43,950 bases of DNA, taken from Nanobdellota archaeon (GTDB taxonomy: Archaea; Nanobdellota; Nanobdellia; Pacearchaeales; GW2011-AR1). Below are positions 1 through 8,224 of this stretch, piece after piece. Position numbers and translations under genes: made by a program. Below the pieces are notes generated by a model. It saw only the letters and a program-made list of their open reading frames with translations, did not search any database and was not told the origin of the DNA. The stretch covers positions 1-43,950 of the forward strand of contig JAHJSW010000033.1 in the NCBI GenBank assembly GCA_018830245.1, read 5' to 3'. The number at the start of each line of letters is the position of its first letter. Position 1 is the stretch's first letter.

Positions 1-250
1 GATCATATTTTGGATGAACTTTTACTGGTCGTCCCTGATCATCATTACAATAAGCTTTGTTGTTTCTAATAAATATCCTCTTTTTTCCAGGAGGATAATT
101 TACTCGACGTTCCCAGCATTGTCTTACAAAACGCCGATCATTTAACAAACCCCTTTTCAATACCCCTGGAACAGTAAAAAAATATTCTCGAGCTTTATAA
201 AAAACTTCTCTTCTCCTTGACCTTTGGTTTTTCCAGTCTAAAACACCCAT
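1..250 (-). CDS. hypothetical protein, N-terminal part only (gene runs off left edge of window)
   Basis: Minus-strand frame is open from ATG (250-248) to position 1 (MGVLDWKNQRSRRREVFYKAREYFF...RPVKVHPKYD). It is absent from the ORF track because it is truncated. No family recognised. Confidence 0.4.
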   Translation of the reverse strand, partial: MGVLDWKNQRSRRREVFYKAREYFFTVPGVLKRGLLNDRRFVRQCWERRVNYPPGKKRIFIRNNKAYCNDDQGRPVKVHPKYD

Positions 251-323
251 GATTCATTCTCTCCTAATAATAAACATTAAAATAATATAATATAAAAAGA
301 TTTATATTCTAAATTATCCCATC

Positions 324-338
324 CCAACATTTAAAAAA
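324..338 (+). promoter_or_regulatory. BRE/TATA-like promoter element (CCAACA-TTTAAAAAA) for the 385..582 gene
   Basis: The 10-mer CCCAACATTT is shared with the aIF-1A promoter at 923-932. AAGGAG (373-378) lies 6 nt before the ATG at 385. Confidence 0.45.
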
Positions 339-384
339 CAAACTTCCTTAACAAATTTATCAAATTAAATAAAAGGAGACAAAA

Positions 385-582
385 ATGGTAGAAGGATATT
401 GTGTTACATGCAAACAAAAAGGTGTAAAGATAAAAAACCCAGTGATCAGTAAAACCTCGAGAGGGGGATTTATAGCAAAAGGAATTTGTTCAAAGTGCAA
501 TAAAACAAAAGTTTGCGCAATGATGTCAAAAGACAACGCAGAAAAAGCTATAAAATCTGGCGATGCTAAGAAGGGGTACTAA
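385..582 (+). CDS. small zinc-ribbon protein (DUF5679-like)
   Basis: 65-aa ORF with two CxxC pairs (YCVTCKQK...GICSKCNK) and an SD upstream. Resembles DUF5679-type Zn-ribbon proteins from memory. Confidence 0.6.
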   Translation: MVEGYCVTCKQKGVKIKNPVISKTSRGGFIAKGICSKCNKTKVCAMMSKDNAEKAIKSGDAKKGY

Positions 583-623
583 AACTTTTTAATTTTTTAA
601 AGACTCTTCTTTATTTTTAAAAA

Positions 624-920
624 ATGTTCGTGAATATAATTAGATCTCATAGAGATATCGTGGCAATTTGTGATTCAGAATTAATTGGAAAAAGATTTGA
701 AGAAGGAAAGTTTCAATTAGATATTAAAGAAAATTTTTACAAAGGAGAAAAAATGTCTAAAGAAGAAGTTAAAAAAATCATGCAGAATTTAATTAAAGAA
801 GATGCTACATTTAATATTGTAGGTACAGAAGCAACAAACACGGCAATAGAAACAGGAATAATTTCAGAAAAAGCTGTTAAAAAAATACAAGGGATTCCTT
901 TTGCAATGAAATTATTATAA
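624..920 (+). CDS. DUF424-like archaeal protein
   Basis: 98-aa ORF. The pattern IVAICDSELIGK...FYKGEK...FNIVG...GIPFA resembles the archaeal DUF424 family (recall-based). Confidence 0.55.
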   Translation: MFVNIIRSHRDIVAICDSELIGKRFEEGKFQLDIKENFYKGEKMSKEEVKKIMQNLIKEDATFNIVGTEATNTAIETGIISEKAVKKIQGIPFAMKLL

Positions 921-923
921 TCC

Positions 924-938
924 CCAACATTTTATAAA
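924..938 (+). promoter_or_regulatory. BRE/TATA promoter (CCAACA-TTTTATAAA) of aIF-1A, leaderless geometry
   Basis: TATA centre is at about 934, 26 nt before the ATG at 960. No SD lies in between. Confidence 0.5.
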
Positions 939-959
939 TCCCATTCTCTCAAAATAATT

Positions 960-1283
960 ATGAAAAAATTTAACAAGAGTTCAGAAGAATCAGAAGAAAA
1001 GATAAGAGTTAAACTTCCACGAGGAAAAGAAGTTCTAGGAATTATTGAACAGAGATTAGGAGGGAATAAAATGATGGTAAACTGCCTTGATGGAAAATCA
1101 AGGAATTGCAGAGTTCCCGGAAGACTTAAACGAAAATTATGGCTTCGCCCAAATGATATTGTTATAATAGAACCATGGGAATTAGATGGCCAAAAAGGAG
1201 ATGTCACATTCAAGTATAAACCAAATCATGTAGCTTGGTTAAGAAAAAACGGCTTTCTGGAAAAAGAAAAAATAGAGTTTTAA
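960..1283 (+). CDS. eif1A: translation initiation factor aIF-1A
   Basis: S1/OB core VRVKLPRGKEVLGIIEQRLGGNKMMVNCLDGKSRNCRVPGRLKRKLWLRPNDIVIIEPW is typical of aIF-1A/eIF-1A. Length 107 aa. Confidence 0.9.
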   Translation: MKKFNKSSEESEEKIRVKLPRGKEVLGIIEQRLGGNKMMVNCLDGKSRNCRVPGRLKRKLWLRPNDIVIIEPWELDGQKGDVTFKYKPNHVAWLRKNGFLEKEKIEF

Positions 1284-1645
1284 CTTACAACTTCTGCTAA
1301 AGACCTAGCAATTTTTCCTTTCAATTCTGTTAAATCAAAACTTTTAATCACAAAATGATCTGCAGCTATGCTTTTCATATCTTCTTTGAAACCGCCATAA
1401 GCTGTGCAAAGAATTACTGGAAGATTATGATGTTTATCTTTAATATCATGAAGAGCATCTAATCCATTATAATCCACCATTTTTATATCTAAAACAACTA
1501 AATCAGGTTTTTCTCTAACAATTAAATCCAAGATACCTTTAGGAGAATCCCTTGTAACAACATCATAACCTTCTTCACTCAATTCTTCTGAATATAAAGA
1601 CCTAATATGCTCATAATCATCAATTACAAGTATTTTTTTAGGCAT
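1280..1645 (-). CDS. stand-alone response-regulator receiver (CheY-like REC) protein
   Basis: ILVIDD acidic pocket, phospho-acceptor context DLVVLDIKM, conserved T (LCTAYG) and K (VIKSFD). 121 aa with no output domain. Confidence 0.85.
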   Translation of the reverse strand: MPKKILVIDDYEHIRSLYSEELSEEGYDVVTRDSPKGILDLIVREKPDLVVLDIKMVDYNGLDALHDIKDKHHNLPVILCTAYGGFKEDMKSIAADHFVIKSFDLTELKGKIARSLAEVVS

Positions 1646-1831
1646 AAAAAAGATTCTTTTTCAACATATTTAAAGATTCTGGTAAAAACATGAGAATATT
1701 TTAGGGATTTTGTAAATCATTTCTTCTTTTCTAATTTGAAAAAATGAGCAGTTAAGTGCTTCCTGGAGCCGATATAATTTTTTAAACCAGTTTTATCTAT
1801 GATTATTACAGGGTTTACGAGGTAAAACAAA

Positions 1832-4264
1832 ATGATACAAAAAATTAAAAATATATTGGGCAACAAAAGAAAAGGATTATCTGAGAAATCCCATTATTCT
1901 ATAAGTCAAGTGTCTAAGGATTGGTCAAATTTCATGAATAAGGATACTTATCTGACCCATGACTTAAAAGATAAATTTAACACAATGATTAATTATGGTG
2001 TGTCTGAAGTAAAGATACCTTGGTATTTATTTTTTGATTTTAGTTTGAAAAGAAAAATTAATTCAAATATTGAAAATCTAAAAAGATATGAAAGAGAGGT
2101 AAGTGAATTTAATCCGAACTTTGTTGAGAGAAAGATAAAAGAATATGATCCTTTGTTTAAACAATCACCTAATCCGTTGGATAAAAATCAAAAGACGGCA
2201 ATAGTTATTGATGATACTCATAACTTAGTTGTAGCTGGTGCAGGTTCTGGAAAAACTGAGGTATTAACAACAAGAATTGCTTATTTAATTAAAAGAAAAT
2301 CTGATTCTGTAAACCCTAAGAGAATTTTGGCGTTAGCTTTTCAGGACAAGGCATCAAAAGAGATAGTACAGAGATTAAAAGAAAGATATGATGTAAATGT
2401 AGAGGTAAAAACTTTTCATGCTTTAGGGAAAAAGATTTTAGAAGATTCTTCAAAAAATAACTCAAAAAAAATGCCAACTATTTTATTTAGTGGGGATAAC
2501 TTTGAGATTAGATTTCAAAAGTTTATAGAAAAGATTTTTCTTTCAGTATTGAAAGAGGAAGAATTTCAAGAGAAAGTCTTCAAATATTTAGAAGATTATG
2601 ATGAAGACTTTATATCTAAAGAAGAGGAAGATTTTGAAACTAAAGAGGAATATTTCAAATATAAAAAATCATTAGAGTATACTGCTCTTAATGGTATAAA
2701 AGTAAAAAGCAAGGATGAGAAAGATATTCTTAACTTCTTTATAATGAATAAATTGGATAACCAAGAAATAAAAATTTTATATGAAGAACCAGCAGAATGG
2801 ATGAGTTATTTAGATGGAGACGGGCAAAAAAAAATTCCAGAACCAGACTTCTATTTTCCAGAATATGACTTGTATTTGGAACACTGGGCAATAAATGAAA
2901 AAGGTGAAGTCCCCGAGTGGTTTGAAGGAAAGAATCCTACTGAGGAATATGCGAAAAATATGAACTTAAAGAAAAAGAAATTTAATAATAATGATAAGTA
3001 TACTTTAATTGAAACAAGTCATGAAGATTACTTAAAATTAAATTTTAAAGAAGTGTTGAAAGATCGATTCTTAAAAGCAATAAAAACTAAATCTTCTGAT
3101 AAGAAATTAGTATTTGTACCTTTGTCTTATAAGGAACTTGTTAGTAAAGTTTGGGATGAATGCAAAATATCTGTAAAAGCACTTCCTAAAAGAATATCTG
3201 AATTTATTGTTATTGCTAAAACCTATAACCTAACTCCAAAAGAAGTAAGGTTAAGATTAACTAATGAGAAATGGTCTCCCAAGCAAAGATCTTTTGCTGA
3301 TATTGCTTTAGGAGTATATGAACTGTATGAAAAAGAATTAAAAAAAGAAAATAAAATAGATTTTGGTGATATGATTAATCTTGCTATAAAAGAATTGAAG
3401 ACAAATAAAGACTTATACAAGGATGTTTATGATCATATCTTAATTGATGAGTATCAAGACTTAAGTCATCAGAGATATAGGCTTATACAGGTTTTAATGG
3501 AAAAGAATAAAGATTGTAAATTGTTTTGTGTTGGGGATGACTGGCAGGGAATAATGGGTTTTTCAGGTGCTAACTTAGATTTCTTTGTTAATTTCCATAA
3601 ATATTTTCAATATCCTGCAAGAACTGATCTTACGGTTAACTACAGAAGCATAAAGTCTGTAGTTGATACTGGGGCAGAGCTTATAAAAAATAATAAAAAT
3701 TCTCAATTAATTAAGAAGACTGAAGCAAAGGATACAAGGATAGAGCCAATAGAAATTTATGCCTCTAATATTAAGAAAGAAGATTATGCTTATTATTATA
3801 AAGAAATAGCAGAGCATTGTATCAATAAGATTAAAGAATTTCATGATAAAGGATACAATTGGAATGATATAATGATTCTATGCAGAATAAAGAATCCTGC
3901 TTTGATTAATTTTATTGAAGATTTCGCTCATAAAGAAAGCATACCTATTGATAGAGAGCTTATGAGAAAAGACTCTATTCCATTAATATCTGTTCATGCA
4001 AGTAAAGGTCTCCAAGCAAAGATTGTTTTTGTTTTGAATGTAAACAAAGATCTATATGGTTTTCCATGTGAGCTTGAAAATCCAGATATTTTTGAATCAG
4101 TTAGACTAGGAGAGAAGAAAGATAGAGAAGAGGAAGAAAGAAGATTATTTTATGTTGCTATCACAAGAGCAAAAGAGAAAGTTATAATATACACTCAAAA
4201 ATGTTCCAGTAGCAAGTTCCTTAATGAGATTAAAGGACATACTAAATGGATTAATCTCCATTGA
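1832..4264 (+). CDS. SF1 UvrD/Rep-family DNA helicase, helicase IV (HelD)-like, with internal PD-(D/E)xK-like insertion
   Basis: Walker A VVAGAGSGKTEVL, motif II ILIDEYQD, VGDDWQGIMGFSGA, TVNYRS, and C-terminal SVHASKGLQAKIVFV...EEERRLFYVAITRAKEKV resembling E. coli helicase IV. The insertion contains PEPDFYFPEYDLYLEHW. GAGGT SD lies before the ATG. Confidence 0.85.
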   Translation: MIQKIKNILGNKRKGLSEKSHYSISQVSKDWSNFMNKDTYLTHDLKDKFNTMINYGVSEVKIPWYLFFDFSLKRKINSNIENLKRYEREVSEFNPNFVERKIKEYDPLFKQSPNPLDKNQKTAIVIDDTHNLVVAGAGSGKTEVLTTRIAYLIKRKSDSVNPKRILALAFQDKASKEIVQRLKERYDVNVEVKTFHALGKKILEDSSKNNSKKMPTILFSGDNFEIRFQKFIEKIFLSVLKEEEFQEKVFKYLEDYDEDFISKEEEDFETKEEYFKYKKSLEYTALNGIKVKSKDEKDILNFFIMNKLDNQEIKILYEEPAEWMSYLDGDGQKKIPEPDFYFPEYDLYLEHWAINEKGEVPEWFEGKNPTEEYAKNMNLKKKKFNNNDKYTLIETSHEDYLKLNFKEVLKDRFLKAIKTKSSDKKLVFVPLSYKELVSKVWDECKISVKALPKRISEFIVIAKTYNLTPKEVRLRLTNEKWSPKQRSFADIALGVYELYEKELKKENKIDFGDMINLAIKELKTNKDLYKDVYDHILIDEYQDLSHQRYRLIQVLMEKNKDCKLFCVGDDWQGIMGFSGANLDFFVNFHKYFQYPARTDLTVNYRSIKSVVDTGAELIKNNKNSQLIKKTEAKDTRIEPIEIYASNIKKEDYAYYYKEIAEHCINKIKEFHDKGYNWNDIMILCRIKNPALINFIEDFAHKESIPIDRELMRKDSIPLISVHASKGLQAKIVFVLNVNKDLYGFPCELENPDIFESVRLGEKKDREEEERRLFYVAITRAKEKVIIYTQKCSSSKFLNEIKGHTKWINLH

Positions 4265-4446
4265 TATAGTTAAACATTCTCTAATTCTCTTTTTTTATCT
4301 TCCCTTCATTATCCATAAAATTTTATAATATCGGAAGTATATCAAAATTGTTATGAAAAGTAATAAATATCATCATGTTTTAAACAAAAATATTTAAAGA
4401 TTTATGTAATCAAAAATCTTATAATCTACTTCATCTTTACAAAAAC

Positions 4447-4944
4447 ATGAAAACAATTATCTCAGAAAAAATTGCAAGAATAATAAAAAACAAGAAAAAA
4501 TTGCAAGAAAAATTAAAAGTTAAAATTACCAATAGAGGAAAAGAAGTTTTTATAACAGGAAAACCAGAAAATGAATATATTGCTGAAAAAGTAATTGATG
4601 CCCTCAATTTTGGATTCCCTTATTCTTCAGCCATGTTAATAAAATCAGATGAATTTGAATTTGAGATACTTAATATTAAAGATTATACAAAAAGAAAAGA
4701 TCTTCACAGAGTTAGGGCAAGAATTATTGGAAAAGGAGGGAGGACACTAAAAACACTAACACAATTGACAAAGTGCTATCTTGAAATAAAAGATAATTAT
4801 ATAGGAATTATTGGTTCTCCAGAGCAAATAAAAAATGCCCAAAATGCAATCATTGCTATTATCCAAGGAGCAAAACAATCTAATGTATACAAATCACTAG
4901 AAAAAACCCAGATAAAACCTCTTTCTGATTTAGGATTGAAATAA
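4447..4944 (+). CDS. KH-domain RNA-binding protein (archaeal Dim2/Pno1-like)
   Basis: GxxG loop in RARIIGKGGRTLKTLTQLT, followed by IIGSPEQIKNAQNAI. The 165-aa, two-KH organisation is as in aDim2p. Confidence 0.7.
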   Translation: MKTIISEKIARIIKNKKKLQEKLKVKITNRGKEVFITGKPENEYIAEKVIDALNFGFPYSSAMLIKSDEFEFEILNIKDYTKRKDLHRVRARIIGKGGRTLKTLTQLTKCYLEIKDNYIGIIGSPEQIKNAQNAIIAIIQGAKQSNVYKSLEKTQIKPLSDLGLK

Positions 4945-4954
4945 TTTATTTTAT

Positions 4955-5160
4955 TTAATTAAAATTAGTATCATCATTTGTTGGGTCAGCTTCTCTAACC
5001 ATATCGCAAAGTATCTCAACAGGCTCGATCGGGGGGGTTCCGTGCATTTGATAAAAATCAAAAGTATATTCAGATTCTAAGGGATAGAGTACACACCTCT
5101 TTTTTCCCTCTTTCTATTATCTCCATTAACATTTTCATCTACACTTTTTTCTTCTCCCAT
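4955..5160 (-). pseudogene. possible frameshifted small acidic ORF (about 66 aa if repaired)
   Basis: ATG at 5160 gives MGEEKSVDENVNGDNRKREKRGVYSIP then a stop. The -1 frame continues open from the A6 run (5100-5105) as ...VLYPLESEYTFDFYQMHGTPPIEPVEILCDMVREADPTNDDTNFN to the TAA at 4957-4955. Confidence 0.25.
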
Positions 5161-5224
5161 AATCATCAAAATTTCTTTATCTATATAAATTTATCTAGTA
5201 ATCTCTAAATCTAATAATAATAAC

Positions 5225-5237
5225 CTTTAAATATAAA
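5225..5237 (+). promoter_or_regulatory. TATA-like element (CTTTAAATATAAA) of tRNA-Asn
   Basis: Centre at about 5231, 26 nt upstream of the mature tRNA 5' end at 5257. Confidence 0.45.
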
Positions 5238-5256
5238 AAATATCTCGAGTCATTAT

Positions 5257-5329
5257 GTTCCCGTAGCTCAGTAGGTAGAGCGCATGGCTGTTAACCATGG
5301 TGTCGGAGGTTCGAGTCCTCCCGGGAACG
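5257..5329 (+). tRNA. tRNA-Asn (anticodon GTT)
   Basis: Hand-folded cloverleaf: acceptor GTTCCCG/CGGGAAC, D stem GCTC/GAGC, anticodon stem CATGG/CCATG, loop CTGTTAA, T arm GGAGG-TTCGAGT-CCTCC, discriminator G. No encoded CCA. A T5 run follows. Confidence 0.93.
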
Positions 5330-5380
5330 TTTTTAATTAATCACAATAATTCTTAAAAAGCATCTCTGAGATTATTATAT

Positions 5381-5836
5381 ATGCCAAAAGAATTATCAGA
5401 CCATCTCCCATCTCGCTTTGATCTAGATGACCTTAGACTTCCTGGATTTTTTTCAGAAATTGCAGTTTACCTCTCGTTATACACTAGCGGGGAAACACAG
5501 GGATTGGGGGAAGAGGAATATGACGTAATTAACTTCGCAGCAGAGATTTTAGGAGAAACCTCCAGAGATTTAAGAAGAAATAGCATAACAAAAGATGGCG
5601 AAATCTTTTTTTGGAAATTTTATGGTCAAACAAAAGAAGAAGGGGAAAACCCAGAGAAGGCTAAAAGACTATATGCAGATAGATTAAACTCAATAAGTGA
5701 ACAACTTTTTATGGTTCATCATTTGCCCTCAGAAGATATTGAAAAGTTAATCTCTACTTGTACTGCTCTTTCCCAAGCAACATTACAATGGTGGAACTCA
5801 CGCCATCCAACAGGCTTCAAGAGATATGCTGCCTAA
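5381..5836 (+). CDS. hypothetical protein
   Basis: 151-aa ORF with visibly higher G+C than its surroundings. No family recognised. Confidence 0.55.
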   Translation: MPKELSDHLPSRFDLDDLRLPGFFSEIAVYLSLYTSGETQGLGEEEYDVINFAAEILGETSRDLRRNSITKDGEIFFWKFYGQTKEEGENPEKAKRLYADRLNSISEQLFMVHHLPSEDIEKLISTCTALSQATLQWWNSRHPTGFKRYAA

Positions 5837-5852
5837 TCCGAAAGAATATTTA

Positions 5853-6110
5853 TCAATCTTTTTTTCTCTCCAACTCAGAATAAACTATTTTAAGCTCATC
5901 TAAAGTTAACACTTCTCCTCCTAACTCTTCTAAAGAGTAATTAACAATTGCTAAACAAGGTCTGAGACCTTTTTGAAACATTTTATGTTCAAAATAAATT
6001 TCTCCTGCCCAAGAATTCATATATCCTAAAAGATTCGCAACTCTTTCTAATCCTTGTTGCCCAGAGTTTTGAACTAAATCAAATTTTCTTTTTATCTCTT
6101 CAGAGATCAT
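5853..6110 (-). CDS. hypothetical small protein
   Basis: 85-aa ORF with an ATG start. Shares a SLEELxG-containing stretch with the 86-aa ORF at 6730..6990. Confidence 0.45.
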   Translation of the reverse strand: MISEEIKRKFDLVQNSGQQGLERVANLLGYMNSWAGEIYFEHKMFQKGLRPCLAIVNYSLEELGGEVLTLDELKIVYSELERKKD

Positions 6111-6178
6111 AAAAATTCCACTTAAACTCCTTTTATAAATTTAATTAATTTTTTAAAGAACCTTTTCCTAGATTTATT

Positions 6179-6733
6179 ATGAATTTAGACAACGCAATAC
6201 AAAAAAGACAAAGTATTCGTAAATTTTCATCAAAAAAACCTGACTGGAGAGATATTATCGAGTGTATAGATACAGCAAGGTATGCTCCAATGGCAGGGAA
6301 TATTTTTACTCTAAAATTTATTGTAGTAGAAAACAAAGAAAAAATACAAAAACTTGCAGATGCAGCACAACAACCATTTATTGCAAAAGCACAATATGTT
6401 GTCGTAGTTTGCACAGATTCTTCAAGAACAGTAAATGCTTATGAAGAAAGAGGAGAAAAATTTTGCAGACAACAAGCAGGAGCTGCAATAGAAAACTTTT
6501 TACTGAAAATAGAGGAAAAAGGTCTTGCTACTTGCTGGATAGGGTATTTTGTAGACAGAATGATTAAAGAAGCATTAAGTATTCCAGAAAACCTTGAAGT
6601 TGAAGCTTTTTTCCCAATTGGATATGAACAAGGAAAAACACAGAAAAAAAGAAAGATTCTATTAGATAATATTCTGTATTTCCACAAATATGGGAATAAA
6701 AGAATGAAACCTCTTAAAACATTAGATGTTTAA
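6179..6733 (+). CDS. nitroreductase-family oxidoreductase
   Basis: N-terminal AIQKRQSIRKFSSKKP...IIECIDTARYAPMAGN and CWIGYF are typical of the FMN nitroreductase fold. 184 aa. Confidence 0.8.
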   Translation: MNLDNAIQKRQSIRKFSSKKPDWRDIIECIDTARYAPMAGNIFTLKFIVVENKEKIQKLADAAQQPFIAKAQYVVVVCTDSSRTVNAYEERGEKFCRQQAGAAIENFLLKIEEKGLATCWIGYFVDRMIKEALSIPENLEVEAFFPIGYEQGKTQKKRKILLDNILYFHKYGNKRMKPLKTLDV

Positions 6734-6990
6734 AAATTCTTAGATTTCCAATTAGAATACCATTCACGAAATCTATTAGAAGAATCCTCATTTCTCCAAT
6801 CATCTTTTCTTAATCTTTCCAAAACAAAATTTAAAAGAGAATGCCCCTCTAATTCTTCCAGAGAACTAATTAAACGAACTCTCACTTCATCAGCACCAGA
6901 TAAATTTCCCTGTTCATAATTAAAAGGTAACTGAAAAAGAGAATTCCCTACGTAATGAGTTATCCAGGACTTTGCTTTGCAATCATCCAT
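6730..6990 (-). CDS. hypothetical small protein
   Basis: 86-aa ORF with an ATG start. No family recognised. Confidence 0.45.
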   Translation of the reverse strand: MDDCKAKSWITHYVGNSLFQLPFNYEQGNLSGADEVRVRLISSLEELEGHSLLNFVLERLRKDDWRNEDSSNRFREWYSNWKSKNF

Positions 6991-7044
6991 TAATCAAAAG
7001 GCTAAAGAAAGTTATTAAATATTTATATCTTTTAATATAGCAAT

Positions 7045-7082
7045 AAAAAAGAAAAAAACCCTCGAGAATTAATCCTCAAGGG
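7045..7082 (-). terminator. hairpin plus oligo-U terminator-like element downstream of ftsZ
   Basis: On the minus strand, CCCUUGAG-GAUUAAUU-CUCGAGGG (8 bp including one G-U) is followed directly by UUUUUUUCUUUUUU. It starts 11 nt after the ftsZ stop. Confidence 0.5.
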
Positions 7083-7092
7083 CATTAAAAAA

Positions 7093-8172
7093 TTATCTCC
7101 AAACTTCTATCCCTAAATCTGAAATTTCTCTAGACACTGGAAGAGCACGTTCATCCCTTGGTTTGCCTAAAACATACGGAGATTTAACCCCAGTCATAAT
7201 AGTTATCACTCGCACCTTTCCAGCAAATTCCTTGCTGATTCTAGCACCAATAATAACTTGTGCTTCTGGACTCAAATTCTCTGAGACAGTTCTTCCAACC
7301 AAATCAAACTCTTCTAGCTTTAAATCAGGACCACAGGTAACATGTATCAAAGCTCCAGTAGCTCCCTTATAATCCACGTCAAGTAGAGGATGTGTAAGAG
7401 CCTGCTTAACAGCTTCTGCAACACGATCTTGTGTATCTGATTCTCCAATACCAATCACTGCAACATCACCACCTTTCATAATTGCCGAAACATCTGCATA
7501 ATCTAAGTTAATCAAACTTGGAAGAGTAATTGTTTCAACAATTCCTTTAATCATAGTACTAACTAGTTCATTAGCAACAGCAAAAGCTTGCTCAAGGGGT
7601 AATTGCCCAGCAATGTCTACAAGCCGATTATTGTCAAGGACAATACAAGTATCAGAAACTTCTCGTAGTTCTTGTAAACCAAATTCAGCTTTATCAATCC
7701 TAGCTTTCTCAGAATCAAAAGGCATAGTTACAACACCAATAACAACCGCACCAGTCTCTTTAGCAAGTTGAGCAACTACAGGAGCTCCTCCTGTACCAGT
7801 TCCACCACCCATTCCAGCAATTACAAAAACCATGTCTGCTCCAGACACAACCTTTTTTAAATCAACCAAAGCCTCTTTAGCAGCTTCTCTACCTACCTGA
7901 GGTCTTCCCCCTGCTCCTAGTCCTCTAGTTAATTCCTTACCAATAAGCGTTTTCTCATCAGCCTTTGTAACACTTAGATGGAGCGCATCAGTATTTGCAG
8001 CATAAATTGTGGCGCCATTAATTCCTTTGTTAAAAAGCCAGGTTACAGCATTTCCACCACACCCACCAACACCAACAACTTTGATGTTGGCTTTTCCAGC
8101 TCTTAATTCATCAAAATTAATGCTATGTTTTTCAGTATTCTGTATAGCCTCTTTTGCAAAATCTAACACCAT
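7093..8172 (-). CDS. ftsZ: cell division GTPase FtsZ
   Basis: [14 protein letters not shown], tubulin signature [44 protein letters not shown] upstream. Confidence 0.95.
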   Translation of the reverse strand: MVLDFAKEAIQNTEKHSINFDELRAGKANIKVVGVGGCGGNAVTWLFNKGINGATIYAANTDALHLSVTKADEKTLIGKELTRGLGAGGRPQVGREAAKEALVDLKKVVSGADMVFVIAGMGGGTGTGGAPVVAQLAKETGAVVIGVVTMPFDSEKARIDKAEFGLQELREVSDTCIVLDNNRLVDIAGQLPLEQAFAVANELVSTMIKGIVETITLPSLINLDYADVSAIMKGGDVAVIGIGESDTQDRVAEAVKQALTHPLLDVDYKGATGALIHVTCGPDLKLEEFDLVGRTVSENLSPEAQVIIGARISKEFAGKVRVITIMTGVKSPYVLGKPRDERALPVSREISDLGIEVWR

Positions 8173-8203
8173 ATTTTTTTATTATCCTCCTTTCAATTGT
8201 ATC

Positions 8204-8224
8204 ATCATCTGTGATACAGATGAT
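8204..8224. repeat. perfect 9-bp inverted repeat ATCATCTGT-gat-ACAGATGAT in the ftsZ upstream region
   Basis: Read directly from the sequence. Lies 32-52 nt upstream of the ftsZ ATG. Confidence 0.7.

Noticed and set aside
4971-4977. C-box-like AUGAUGA on the minus strand (possible C/D box sRNA)
   Set aside because: No matching D box (CUGA) or terminal stem lies at the expected distance. The motif sits inside the putative small ORF and is expected by chance in AT-rich DNA.
5100-5105. Programmed -1 ribosomal frameshift at the A6 run of the small ORF
   Set aside because: In the upstream frame the run is phased GAA-AAA-AGA, not the X-XXY-YYZ slippery phase. No obvious downstream stimulatory structure. 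A homopolymer error or pseudogene is more parsimonious.
6145-6687. Three ORFs (89, 60 and 82 aa) overlapping the nitroreductase gene
   Set aside because: They are alternative-frame or antisense ORFs inside a gene with clear family motifs. No start signals.
5257-7000. Integrated mobile element or prophage at tRNA-Asn
   Set aside because: I could find no integrase, recombinase or phage-like gene, and no duplicated copy of the tRNA 3' end (att-like direct repeat) downstream. It is kept only as a low-interest compositional observation.
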